Notes under the pieces: generated by a model
The model's database searches: none
Told to the model about the DNA's origin: nothing
Seen by the model: only the letters and a program-made list of their open reading frames with translations
Origin: Mobula hypostoma
Taxonomy: Eukaryota
DNA: 64,000 nucleotides
Direction: 5' to 3'
NCBI RefSeq assembly: GCF_963921235.1
Contig: NC_086109.1
Coordinates: 4,962,001 to 5,026,000, forward strand
Program-made: the position numbers and the translations under genes
Part shown: piece by piece, positions 26,731 through 38,194 of the stretch
Layout of the letters: every line of letters begins with the position of its first letter
How positions within the stretch are numbered: position 1 is the first letter of the stretch

Positions 26731-27305
26731 AGAGAGAATGTCTGGGATGGGTGGGGTCTTCGTTTACCGTACTGTGCAAAAGTCTTACAGACATGTATCT
26801 AGCTAGGGCTATATATATAAGACTTTTGCACTGTACCCATATGTTTGCAGCTTTACCGAGGCTGTGAGAAGTGTAGTCAGAGTCTACGGAGTGGTGTGCG
26901 AGGTTGGTTGTGTATTAAACCAGCTTGATCAGACTGGGGAAGTATTTCTGATTCACGACTTGCAAAATTTCAAGCCTCATCAGTTGCCCATCTGGGTGAA
27001 TTCTGGGGCGGCACAATGCATTACAGTACAGACAACCTGGGTTCGATTCCCACAGCTGCCTGTCAGGAGTTTGTACCTTCTCCCTGTGACCGCGTGGTCA
27101 AAGGGGTAGCAGTTGGCAGGTTAATTTGTCATTGTGAATTGCCCCACAGTTAGGCTGGGATTAAATTGTGGATTGCTGGGCAGTGTGGCTTGAAGGACTG
27201 GAGGGGCCAATTTCACATTGTATCTCAATAACTAAATAAATAAATAAAATTTTACCTCCTTTGACTCAGACCAGTGAGCTAAATGTCTATATTTTCTGTT
27301 AACAG

Positions 27306-27477
27306 AGTGATGATTCTTGGAAAGACCTTTCAGTGGAAGAGAAGGAATGTTTGATGTTCCTTGAAGAGACGATTGATTCCTTGTATGTGGAAGAGTTGGA
27401 AGAAACTGAAACTGTATCCACTGAAAATGGGAATCACCCCCCACCTCTTCCTGAAAACCCCTATTTCCAAACTGCAG
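27306..27477 (+). CDS. C1orf116: SARG/C1orf116-family protein, second coding exon (SDDSWKDLSVEEKECLMFLEETIDSL...YFQTA)
   Basis: Acceptor TTTTCTGTTAACAG|, donor GCAG|GTAAGG; 172 nt, phase 0 to 1. EEKECLMFLEETIDSL matches the N-terminal motif of SARG (EEKECLLFLEETI) and PROSER2. Confidence 0.88.
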
Positions 27478-27617
27478 GTAAGGCTTTGCTTGGAGATCAG
27501 AATGAGGTTTGTTATCACTGGCACGACGTGAAGTTTGTTGTTTTGTGGTAGCAGTACATGAAGTATAATACAGATGATAATAAGAAATCCAGCCAGCAGC
27601 CTCTTCATTTGGTAACA

Positions 27618-28165
27618 GAAGGGAGCCTGGTGTAGTCTTCTGCTGCTGTAGCCCATCTACTTCAAGATTCAACACGTTGTGCCTTCAGAGATGCTCTTCT
27701 GCATACGGTTGTAACACATGGTTATTTGACTTACTGTCACCTTCCCATCAGGTTGAAGCAGTCTGGTTATTCTCCTCTGACCTCTCTCACTGGCAGGCCA
27801 CTTTTGCTCTCAGAACTGCTGCACGCAGGGTGTTTTATTTTGTTTCTTGCACCATTCTTGGTAAACCCTAGAGACTGTTGTGTGTGAAAATCCCAGGAGA
27901 TCAGCAGTTTCTGAGATACTCAAACCACCCTGTCTGGCACCAACTATCATTCCATGGTCAAACTCACTTAGGTCACATTTCTTCCCCATTCTGATGTTTG
28001 TCTGAACAACAACTGAACCTCTTGACCATGTCTGCTTGCTTTTATATATTGTGTTGCTGCCACATGATTGGCTGATTAGATATTTAATGAGCAGAATTTT
28101 AATATTTAATATCATTAATGAACAGGTGTACAGGAGGTACCAAATAAAGTGGCTACTGAGTGTAT
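27618..28165 (-). mobile_element. Non-autonomous Tc1/mariner fragment
   Basis: MGKKCDLSEFDHGMIVGARQGGLSISETADLLGFSHTTVSRVY (Tc1 helix-turn-helix); TIR-like TACACTCAGTAGCCACTTTATT; same family as 34567-38006. Confidence 0.8.
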
Positions 28166-29948
28166 ATGTTAAATGAATTATACAAGTCATGCAAAAAGAG
28201 AACAAAACCAGTGAGGTGGTGTTCATGGACTTTCAGGAATCTGATGGCAGAGGGGAGAGAGCTGTTCCTGAAGCACTGAGTGTGGGCCTTCTGGCTCCTG
28301 TGCCTCCTCACTGATGGTAGTAATTGGAGACGATAAACTCGGGCGCTCTTCTGTAACCCACACAAAATGCCGGAGGGACTCAGCAGGTCAGGTATCACCT
28401 ATGGAGGGGGATTAACAGGATTTTGGATCAAGGCCCTTTCAATCAGTGGAGCTCTTCTGCAAGTTGCTACGTTGGTTGGAAGTGTCCAACCCGGTTTGTG
28501 ACGGCAGCGAGTCCATAGCTAAGTTTGGGTCATTTGGCCACAAGGTAGTGTTTTCCTGCTGAGCACTGGAGAAAGCAGCAGACTGTTCAATTTCTTCAGT
28601 GCCTAGGGGAATTAGTCCTCCCTGATGCAAAGGGAAGTTGTGTGCCTGTAAAATAATTCATTTCCCAGTGACCCATTACCTGACCTTTTCTTCCCTAAGT
28701 CCCCAACACCATTGACCAACACTTCCATTCAGAGGCCTCTCACTGTCCTGGTCACTATTGTTGATGGTGTTTTTTCCTTGTTGCGCTTCTGAAGATTACC
28801 TTATTTCAGGTTAACTAACAGTGTGAATTTTCACTGGTTAACACTTTCAACGCTAAAGAATGAATGGCAATAATGAATCTCAGCCACTGTGCTAAGTAGG
28901 AGTTCCCCAACTACTAAATGACCATAAGATATAGGAGCAGAATTCGGCTATTTGGTCCATCGAGTCTGCTTCGCTATATGATCATGGTTGATTTATTTTC
29001 CCCCTCAACCCCATTCCTCTGCCATCTCCCCATAACCTGCCATTATTATAGAATAGTGTATTATATTATTGGCCAGCTGCTGGTATTGGGGCAAGTGGTC
29101 CTGGGTTCAAATCTGGCTGGCTCCTTGCATACTTTCCATCCGTGTCGGGTTGAGCATCAAGCTAGCAACTCGGCCTCGTAAAAACACAGACAGAAACGCT
29201 AAAGAAATGGTAAAGTTGCCACCCGATGCACCACAGGGTGCAGAGAGGAACAACAACAAAATGATATAATAGAATTATAGAGAAATTGTACAATTAATAA
29301 ATTTGGCAAAACGAAAGATACATTGAAATAAGGAATAATTTCGTTCAAGTTATTCCTGGTGTTAAATCGGAAGATCACTGGTGGTGAGTTGCATTGAACA
29401 GGAGTACGAGTTTACCAGTTCCTCTTGGGGAATGAACTAGGAGAAATAATTGAAGTTTACTGGGCAAGGTGGTGAAGAAGTCACTTAGCATGCTGGCCTT
29501 CATCAGTCAGGGTACTGAGTTTGAAACCAGGGGGCATTATGTTGCAGTTTATAAATCATTGGTGAGGCCTGTGTACTGGGTTAGCCTTGTTGGGTCTTCA
29601 CTCCATGGAGCTCGGGAGAATGAGGGCTGACCTCACGGGGGGCTGTGGATAAAGTGGGCAGTCAGGGTTGGAGATTCCAAAGCTGCAGGGCACAGGCACC
29701 AGGCAAGAGGGGTGAGGTTCAAAAGAGACCTGCGAGGTGACTACTTTGCACAGAGGTGAGTACCCGGGATGAGCTGCCAGAGGAAGTGATCGCAGCTGGT
29801 AGGAATCGCAAGCTTAAGTGGAATATGGATAGGTATATGGAGGGGAGGGACTTTAGGGGGTTATGTGCCGAATGTGGGCAACTGCCTAACAGGGAGAATG
29901 CTGTGGTCAGCATATGAGTTGGGCAGAAAGGCATCTTTCCACGCAGTA

Positions 29949-31099
29949 TGTAGCCCCCCTGGCAGACCTCAGGGTCGCTCAACTCGCTGTCGTCTAGGGA
30001 AAGAGCCCTTGGCCCTGCCAAACTGGGTAATTAAGTTTGTGTGGATGCTGTGTGATGTACCCCACCCCGCCAAGTGACAGACAATACACCATATACATAG
30101 TCATAGTCATAGTCATACTTTATTGACCCGGGGAAAATTGGTTTTCGTTACAGTTGCTCCATAAATAATAATTAGTAATAAAACCATAAATAGTTAAATA
30201 GTAATATGTAAATTATGAAATAAGTCCAGGACCAGCCTATTGGCTCAGGATGTCTGACCCTCCAAGGGAAGAGTTGTAAAGTTTGATGGCCACAGACAGG
30301 AATGACTTCCTATGACGCTCTGTGTTGCATCTCGGTGGAATGAGTCTCTGGCTGAATGTAGTCCTGTGCCCACCCAGTACATTATGTAGTGGATGGGAGA
30401 CATTGTCCAAGATGGCATGCAACTTGGACAGCATCCTCTTTTCAGTCACCACCGTCAGAGAGTCCAGTTCCATCCCCACAACATCACTGGCCTTACGAAT
30501 GAGTTTGTTGATTCTGTTGGTGTCTGCCACCCTCAGCCCGCTGCGATTAAATGAATTACGGTTTATAGATATTACTGGAACTATATAATTAATAGAAATA
30601 AAAATATAAAAGGAAAATAAAAGGCACCACACTTATCAAAGTTCAATCTCTTCGTGCACAACAGTTGGAGCTCTAGTAACGATCCTCTCTTCACCATTCG
30701 ATCCCCTCTGACCACTTTGACCCGCCACCTGGGACCAACCACGGTGGTGGACCAGATGCTCCACACGAGTCTGTCTCCGTCTCCACTTTCCTCGCCGAAG
30801 ATCCTGGACCTCGGACTCCTGCTCGGAGTCCGACCCTGTTAGCCAGCTCACAGCACCTTGTCCATTCTCTCTCTGTCCATCGCGCCTTCTCCCCAAAAAC
30901 CCGCGCATCACAATAACTTACAGACACACTAGAAAAAAATAACATCTATCCCAATTGGTTCGTTCGCTCTTGTATCAATAATATAACCCAAACAACACCC
31001 AAACAAGCTGCTAGCAAGAGAACTTTCTCAGCAGTTAACATAACAAAGAAGCCATTTTAATCAGCCAGCGCAGTAACATAAAAGAAGAAACCTCTTACA
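29949..31099 (-). mobile_element. 3' LTR of a Gypsy element, interrupted by a Rex1-type LINE
   Basis: Minus strand begins TGTAAGAGG directly after polypurine tract GGTGGGGGGAGAG (31100-31112) and ends ...GGGGGGCTACA at 29949 (TG...CA termini). Confidence 0.7.
30097..30545 (-). mobile_element. 5'-truncated Rex1/Babar LINE inserted in the LTR
   Basis: DTNRINKLIRKAS...HPLH...RKSFLSVAIKLYN; (TATGAC)n tail, also seen at ~11365-11387. Confidence 0.85.
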
Positions 31100-33545
31100 C
31101 TCTCCCCCCACCAAATCAAGTCATGTCCTCATGACTTCTAAATAACTTGCCAACTAGGCCTGCAGACACAAAAACCCAATCCAGGTACACACAGTGACAT
31201 TGCTCCCAAAGCAGTGGACCTTACGCCCGGCCACAGGCGCTACATAGGCCAACCTATCTGGGAGCTTCCTAATCCTCCGAGACCTCTGTACCCCCTCACC
31301 TAAACCCTTAAGGCTCGGACACTATGGGGGATACCTCGGGTCTGCTTGCCAAATCCTCTCTCAATCCCTCACTCATGCCCCCACTGCAACTCGGAGCCCC
31401 CTGTCCCGTGTCTGGGGCCCCGATTCTTTTCCTTCCTGGTCCTGCTGTAACTCAGACTACCCACAGCTAGCCCTCCCCACTACACCTGACTCAGTGCGAG
31501 AAGGGCCAAAGGTCTCTTCCTCAATCACGGGGAAGTTAGCGAAAGGCAGCATGTACCACATGTCCGGCACATCATCCCTCGATTCCGTATTCTTCCTCAT
31601 TCCCTCGATCGGTAGCTGCTGTTTGAGTTTCTCCAAACTGAAGCAGTTAGGCGGGGCTGCCTCTGCGGTCTCTTCTGCCTCCTGTGGTCGAGACGTCAGC
31701 TTCTTCTTGGACTCCTCCAACTCTCGCCCCAGCCTCAGTAGTTCTGACTTACGCTTCTTGGCCGTCTCCATCTGGGACGCAGTTACCCCACCAGCTTCTT
31801 CCACCCTGACCTGAAAAGCAGCAGTTAAAGGACGTTCAGCCTCCAGTTGTTTCTTCCTGATGACGTCTTCCAGGTCAACTTTCAGTTTTTCCACTTCACT
31901 TAAACTGCCGATAGTCATCTTCAGGTTCCTTTCAAGCGTCCGCCTCCCCTTACCGAGATCTGTCCTCAATTGCTTCACCTCCTGGGAAGTGTAGTCAAAC
32001 TCCCCTCTCTGGGCTCTCGGTTTTCTGTTGGCCTTAGTCAGCCAGCTTCCTTGGTCTTCCCCAACTTGTAGGTCTTCCAATCTTTTCTGGATCGATGTCT
32101 TCAGTTTCTGCTGATCCTTTCGAAGGTGGGTCATTGTTTCGTCTCTCTGGATTAATTCCTCAGTACATGACCGCAGTGTCGACTTGGAATTCCGTTTGAC
32201 GACCTGGGTTTCCATCCCCAGGTCCACCACCGTCTGTTCCAGCAACTCCACATTTTATGCTTTGCTTCGGTCGCTTTTCCCCAAACTGTCTTTTTCTCTA
32301 GACCCGCCACTCGTCCAAAGAAAGTTTAATTCTTTAACTCTTTGTCACCTGAGCTTCGCCACTCGCCTCACATCACAATCCCCCCAGGCGAATCCAAGCT
32401 CTTGGCGGCCATCCACATACGCTAAAACTCCACACACCTTCACTTCCCCCATGGTCTTCCTCATGCCCCACGGGCTCCGGATATGCTCTTGGGCATCTTT
32501 TCGGATCGGAAGAATCCTAGGGAACCAATAACAGCCATCTTCTCCTCATCAGCCTCACTCATCGGGACCTGACAACCACTCCTCAGATCCAGCACATTAA
32601 ACCACATCCTATAATCCACACACATGCTGCCTACGTCTTCCACGGCCCCAGGGTCCAGTCGCTGCGACCTCTCTCTCACCAAGGTGTCTTCAGCAGTCAA
32701 CTCCCCTCCCTTGTGGTAGTTCGGAGCGTCTACTAAGAGGGTCTCACCCTCAGCTACTTCCCCCAGGCCGTACTACCGCTGGGTCTCGTTTAAATTCGGT
32801 ACCAGCTCAAGGCTGCTACACATGTCCTCAGAAGCAGCTCGACACGCTGGGTGCCCAGACAATGCCCCCATGAACTCCAGGGGCACTAACCAATCATCGT
32901 CTTCTGGATAATTACTAGCACTGGTACCCCAAATCTCCAGTGTCCTTACTCAAGGGTAAATGCTTCAGACACCGGTTGTAAAACGAACTGTACAACAACT
33001 TGACCTGCGCCCTGGGGTCGAGGATGGCTTTAGCATCGCTTCCCTCTATCCATAACAACACCCTGGGGCGTGGTCCCTCTAAGCCTTCAGGAATAGGGTC
33101 TTTTCCTTTCGGAAGTTCATCGGTATATTGCTGGGAATGTGCTCCCCCAGAGACCCCAAGCCGTTCCCCCACTGGGCCTCCACTAAGTTTCCCGACCCCT
33201 CTCTGATCAGCTGAACAACTGAGGGAGGGGCTGATCCCCTGAAATGATCCCCCTGGCACTGCAAGCAATTTAGCTGCATCCCCCTAGCCAGAGAAAATAT
33301 ACTGAAAACTTTTCCCCCTCTTTCAGATAACTGGCAACTGTCACTATGGTGTGTATTGAACCTGACAGTTCTAACACCGTCACCAGCCTGCCTACTCAAA
33401 CTTTCAACCAATCCCTGTCGCTCTCCCTCAACCCAGCACTGCCACCCATCTGACAACTGAGAGATCTGCTCTGCCCATGTCTTGCACGCCTCTGCCCCTT
33501 TTGGGGTGGACAATATCCCAAAAGCCAGGCAGAGCCTGCCATACC
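31100..33545 (-). mobile_element. Internal region of a decayed Gypsy/Ty3 LTR retrotransposon: PNMA-like gag remnant, protease, RT, captured myosin segment, pol C-terminal tail, polypurine tract
   Basis: gag-like TWAEQISQL...LVESL (~33350-33500); protease [33 protein letters not shown] (~32960-33080); RT MCVDYR / [10 protein letters not shown] / EEKMA / LGFF.EKMP.SISGA / VLAYVDG (~32400-32625); RRSRRIRKLPDRLAY-like tail (~31245-31290). Order PR-RT-(IN tail)-PPT-LTR is Gypsy-type; no 5' LTR seen. Confidence 0.85.
31457..32251 (-). pseudogene. Chimeric 264-codon open frame: myosin heavy chain (MYH16-like) rod fragments (~31600-32180) fused in frame to Gypsy pol tail
   Basis: [81 protein letters not shown] and [22 protein letters not shown]...SLEKLKQQL correspond to sarcomeric myosin rod motifs (LDDLQAEEDKVN.LTK, RLEEAGGATSAQ, ELEEAKKKLAQRLQEAEE). 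No introns; the ORF start is a GTG. Confidence 0.8.
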
Positions 33546-34612
33546 AGGCTAATAGGTAAATTGGTTTATCATTGCCGCTCACTGCTTGTTATGCAGGCGT
33601 GTTTAGGGCAGCAATGAAGGTCCTCCATCTCTGATTGTCCATACTGTTGCACACAGATAAAGAAGGGTTCTTCATTGTTGCTTTGTTTGACCATTCAGGG
33701 TCAGCTGAACCCCCAAACCCAGAGCATCGGTGGACCACTCTTAGTCTGGCCTCTTCCCTTTGACCTGTTTGGCATGGGTGACCCCACCAAAGCATAAAGC
33801 CCTGACTCCAGCCAACATGGCTCTCGGGGTCATTGAAGCACGCAAGCCTCCAAACCCTCCGACAAGGGTGTGGTCCTCTTGGAGGATTATAGTCGAGGTG
33901 CAGAGAAAAACTTGTATGTCATTCATTCTCCCTGGGCTAATACAAGGGCAAACATACAAGAGCAGAATGAAGTATTAAAGTTACAGAGAAAGTGCAGTGT
34001 AAACAGACAATAAGACCATTGATGTTTGAATAATTCAGCAGGTGATCTCAATTCCAGTGACAGAAGCAATGATTGAAAGTATTCAGAATATTTTAAAACA
34101 GGTTCTTGTTCATTTGTCAACTTCACTCCACTACAAGTTTGCTTATAAAGGGCTGTGCTCTTAGTTATGGGTGAATTGCATAACATCCTGCTTTTTTTAA
34201 TCCTTTATAGGCATCTGTTAGTCTCATGAGATTTGCGCCTTGGAAGGCTTCCAGGGCGTAGGCCTGGGCAAGGTTGTATGGAAGACCAGCAGTTGCCCCT
34301 GCTGCAAGTCTCCCCCCTCCACGCCACCGATTGTTGTCCAAGGGAAGGGCATTAGGACCCATACAGCTTGGCACCTGTGTCGTCGCAGAGCAATGTGTGG
34401 TTAAGTGCCTTGCTCAAGGACACACACGCTGCCTCAGCCAAGGCTCGAACATCGACCTTCAGATCACTAGATGAACACTGTAACCACTTTTAATCCTGCT
34501 TGTTACCTTACAGAATCATTTGATAGAACGTACGTGAATAACAACAACCAAACTATTGTCGAAACCACACTGAGTGGCCACTTTATTAGGGACACCTCTA
34601 CGCCTGCTTGTT

Positions 34613-35676
34613 TTTTTTATTACTAATTTTTTATTGCAACACCAACAAATTACATTCAATACAACCAGCTGCCAATTACATTTTGACAACCACCACCCAA
34701 CCTTCATCACTATTCCCCCTCCCCACCTCTCTCCCCCCCATTCCCCTCCCCTCCACCAACCAACTGAATAGTCGTGCATACACAGACAAAGCATTCCTAT
34801 TTTATACAATAGTAAGATTTTCTAATTTCTCTGTGTTGCTCATCTTCCCCTGAATCTGTTGTTGTAAGTTGGTGGTGCAGCCCTGAGTTACTCCCTTCCC
34901 ACCCCCCCATTACCCCTCCCATTCAAACCTTAGCTTTGTAACATCTGTGAGTGTCATTTAGCAATGTCAGACACTAAACAATAACCCCCCCCCCGCCCCA
35001 GCACCAACAAATTAGAAAGGCAAAGCAGTTCTCATAGACAATCATATCAAAGAGACAAGCAAAAAAAACCTGGACAGACTATATAATTAAAACCATTTCC
35101 ATCTCAAATGTAATATACCACATAATCAAGACCCCGACATCTCACTTGCAAGAAACTGTTGCTTTAATAGACCGTCGCTTAGCGATGGCACCAGTGACGT
35201 CTTATCTGGCAACCAGGAACGAAAACAAGTCTACTGGAGACATAACCCGAGGTGAACATGTACAACTAAAGTTATTCAGAATCAGAACAAACTGCTGTTT
35301 TTCAGCTTCATTCTTGATGAAGAATGACATTTGGGTATATTGAATATCATCTTAGAAAGTAAAAGATAGAAAGTATAAATTTAGGCGGTGTTACGTACCC
35401 CGTAACTGGGTTGCCAAACCAGCAGAAATGGACCGTTCGTTGGAGTCTGGATTACTAGGAACTAATAAAGTTTTATTAGAGAAATAAGTAACACAGTACT
35501 CTAATTGTAAGGATATAAATGCAACAGGTTAGCAATGATAATACACACATGTACACAAAACTAGGGTAATAGGAATCAAACCAAGCTCTATTGCAGTCTA
35601 GGGGTAAAATGATCAGTTTTAAGTGACACAGAGTTCAGTTCAGCTTAGTACAGTTCGCAGTAATCGCTGTTGTGCC

Positions 35677-35707
<31 letters not shown>

Positions 35708-37483
35708 GGTGGGGGGGATGCAAATTTGATTCAGGCAGACCTTTGATGTTCTTCGCAGTTGGTTTCAGGTGGACCCTTTTATGTCTTCTATCCCGCTGTG
35801 GTCATCGACTGTGACCCCTCTGTTCCGGATATGACCGTTCTTCCGCGGTGAACCCGGCACCCAGGCAAGGGCGGACACACACACCAGGTTCCTGCCGATG
35901 GTACCTTTACACCCTGTGAGTCTATGGTCGGTTCCTGTGAACCGGACCTCCAAACTTTCACCAACTTGTGGGGGCACACCGCTCTTCCAAGGTCTCATTA
36001 TCTCGTGATCTCGTGGTGTGTCCCGTGCCTTAGCGAACCTGTTCTTTTTATCCCCCTGCTGGGGTATCGCCTGTCCATCAAACTTCAAACAGTTCAGGTT
36101 CAAAGCAACCGGTCTGTCAATATTCTGAATTGTGTTTCTTTTTCGTTAACTCTCTCTCCTCTCTCATTAACATTTTAAACATTTCTCCATTGTCTCCCTT
36201 ATCTCTCTCATTAGCATCCATCGTCGATAACTTGGCATCACCTTACCATGTTATCTTTGTACTAGCAAGTTAACTGAGCCATTACCTTAAAACTCTGACC
36301 TGCAATAGTCAGAAACAAATTGGCCTTTAATTAACTAAATACAAAGGTGCAACGAATGACTTTCCGATGAAAGAATAACCAGAAAACTTCACACCTAGAA
36401 TGTTAACTTGCCCGTGCCTGTTGGATTGCGCATTCAGGCTGGTCTGAGCTCTTAATGCAGTTCAATCTCCTCCCAAGGGGCGTGTGGACTTTGCCCATGG
36501 TCTTCTTCCATATCTCCCAGCACCGATAATTTCAGAACTTCTCTTGCTTCCTCTGCCAAGTTAAATGACATCTTCATGCCCTTGATATTAACTTTCAAGA
36601 TCGCTGGATATATGAGGAATGAGTCGATCCCCTTCTGTTGAAGTTTAGCGCGGATCTCCTTGTATCCCTGCCGTTCCTGCATTGTGCCGGGGCTGTAGTC
36701 GACGAAGAAATGCAGCTGGGTGCCATCCGGGAGAGTAGGTTTGGCTTTCCTTGCATATCCAGGATAGCCTGCCGGTCGGTGTACCGTAGAAGCTTAAAAA
36801 TCACGGTCCGCGGTCTTGAGGTGTTGTTGGAAAAGATCCTATGTGCTCTATCGATCTCCAGTGTAGTGCTGGAATCCAATTAGGCAGCATCTCCTGGAGG
36901 GTAACCTCTTGGGTCGTCCCCTCAGTGTCTGTCGGTAAGTTGACCAGCCGCACATTGTTTCTCCTGGATCCGTCCTCCAAGTCGTTTAGTTTCTTCTTAG
37001 ACACCTCCGCGAGACAGGAGTTAGTAACTTTCTCATTCTTGCATAAGAAAACCTGAATGTTGTCTATTTTGTTGAAGACCGTGCTAAATTTTTTCACATG
37101 AATGTCCGCTTGCTCCTTTAACGACCGGAGAATGTTGCCACTCTCTGCCATATGCTTCTGTATGGGGTCGAGAGCCTTTTCCAGCGACTCCTTTAGCATG
37201 CGGGCTACCGTTTCTTGCAGCGATTCCATCTCCTTTGCAATTGTTTGCTTAATTAGCATAGCTATTTCCTCAGATGAATCGGTAGCTTGGTGTCATCTGC
37301 TGGTATCTTGTTTCCTGGTTGAATTTCCATCTTTTTTTGAGGTCATGTCTTTAGTTAGATCTTTCTCCAACTCGATCTTGTATTAAGACCGTCTATGAGC
37401 CCTAAAGAACGTGCAAAAGGAGGACTGTACGTCAGCGCTCAGTGCTGTGCTGTCATCTTGCCTCATGCCTCACCGGAAGTCCG
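34613..37483 (-). mobile_element. L1-clade element with 5' end, decayed ORF1, no ORF2, A-rich tail and 14 bp TSD (HAL1-like)
   Basis: TSD TACGCCTGCTTGTT 34599-34612 / TATGCCTGCTTGTT 37484-37497; 5' GGACTTCCGG...CAAGATG; ORF1 motifs DLEDGSRRNNVRLVNLP, LEIDRAHR, RPRTVIFKLLRYTDR, LIYPAILKV across frameshifted ORFs 36452-37259. Confidence 0.85.
35389..36240 (-). mobile_element. Probable solo LTR of a second LTR family, inserted in the L1 spacer
   Basis: Sharp TGTTACG boundary, AATAAA on both strands at ~35461-35479, TATA-like GATAAAAAG on the minus strand ~36045; other end and TSD unclear. Confidence 0.5.
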
Positions 37484-38194
37484 TATGCCTGCTTGTTAAT
37501 ACAAATACCCAATCAACCAATTGTGCGGCAGTAACTCAATGCAGAAAAGCATGCAGGCAAGGCCGAGAGGTTTAGTTATTGCTCAGACAAAACATCAGAA
37601 TGAGGAAGAGAGTGACTTGATCTAAGTGATGATGACTGTTGGTGCCAGATGGGGTGGTTTGAGTATCTCAGAAACAGCAGATCTCCTGGGATTCTCACAC
37701 ACAACAGTCACCAGAGTTTACAGAGAATGGTGTGAAAAACAAAAAAAAAATCCAGTGAGCTGCAGTTCTGTGGATGAAAGCACTTTGTTGGTGAGAGAGG
37801 TCCGAGGAGAATGGCCACACTGGTTCAAGCTGACAGTAACTCAAATAACCACGCATTACAACAGTGGTGTGCAGAAGAGCATCTCTGAATGCATAACACA
37901 TCGAACCTTGATGTGCATGGGCTACAGCAGCAGAAGACCACAAACATACACTCAGTGGCCACTTTATTAGGTACAGGAGGTTCCTAATGCAGTGGCCAAT
38001 GAGTGTGAGACGAGGTGTGACAATAATTACTTTTCAGCTGTTACATTAGGATTTGTGCTTTTGAATTGTTTCGTTGTTTCGGTCGGTTGTATTCATGTGC
38101 AGTGGAATGATAGTTAAACTAAGACTTGTAGAGTTTTAATTCACAATCTGTAATTATCGGAGCATTTCTAACAATCTTGTTTGTTCCCGAACAG

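Larger units (their letters stand above)
34567..38006 (+). mobile_element. Non-autonomous Tc1 element split by an L1-derived insertion
   Basis: TIR CACTGAGTGGCCACTTTATTAGG at 34568; remainder 37484-38006 with VGARWGGLSISETADLLGFSHTTV and inverted TIR ~37983-38006. Confidence 0.8.

Noticed and set aside
31457..32251. A genuine nested myosin heavy chain gene
   Set aside because: No motor domain or introns, helix-breaking substitutions, and embedded between Gypsy RT and the polypurine tract/LTR.
35389..36240. Candidate 5' LTR of the myosin-carrying Gypsy element
   Set aside because: No visible similarity to the LTR at 29949-31099, and it lies inside a separate L1 insertion.
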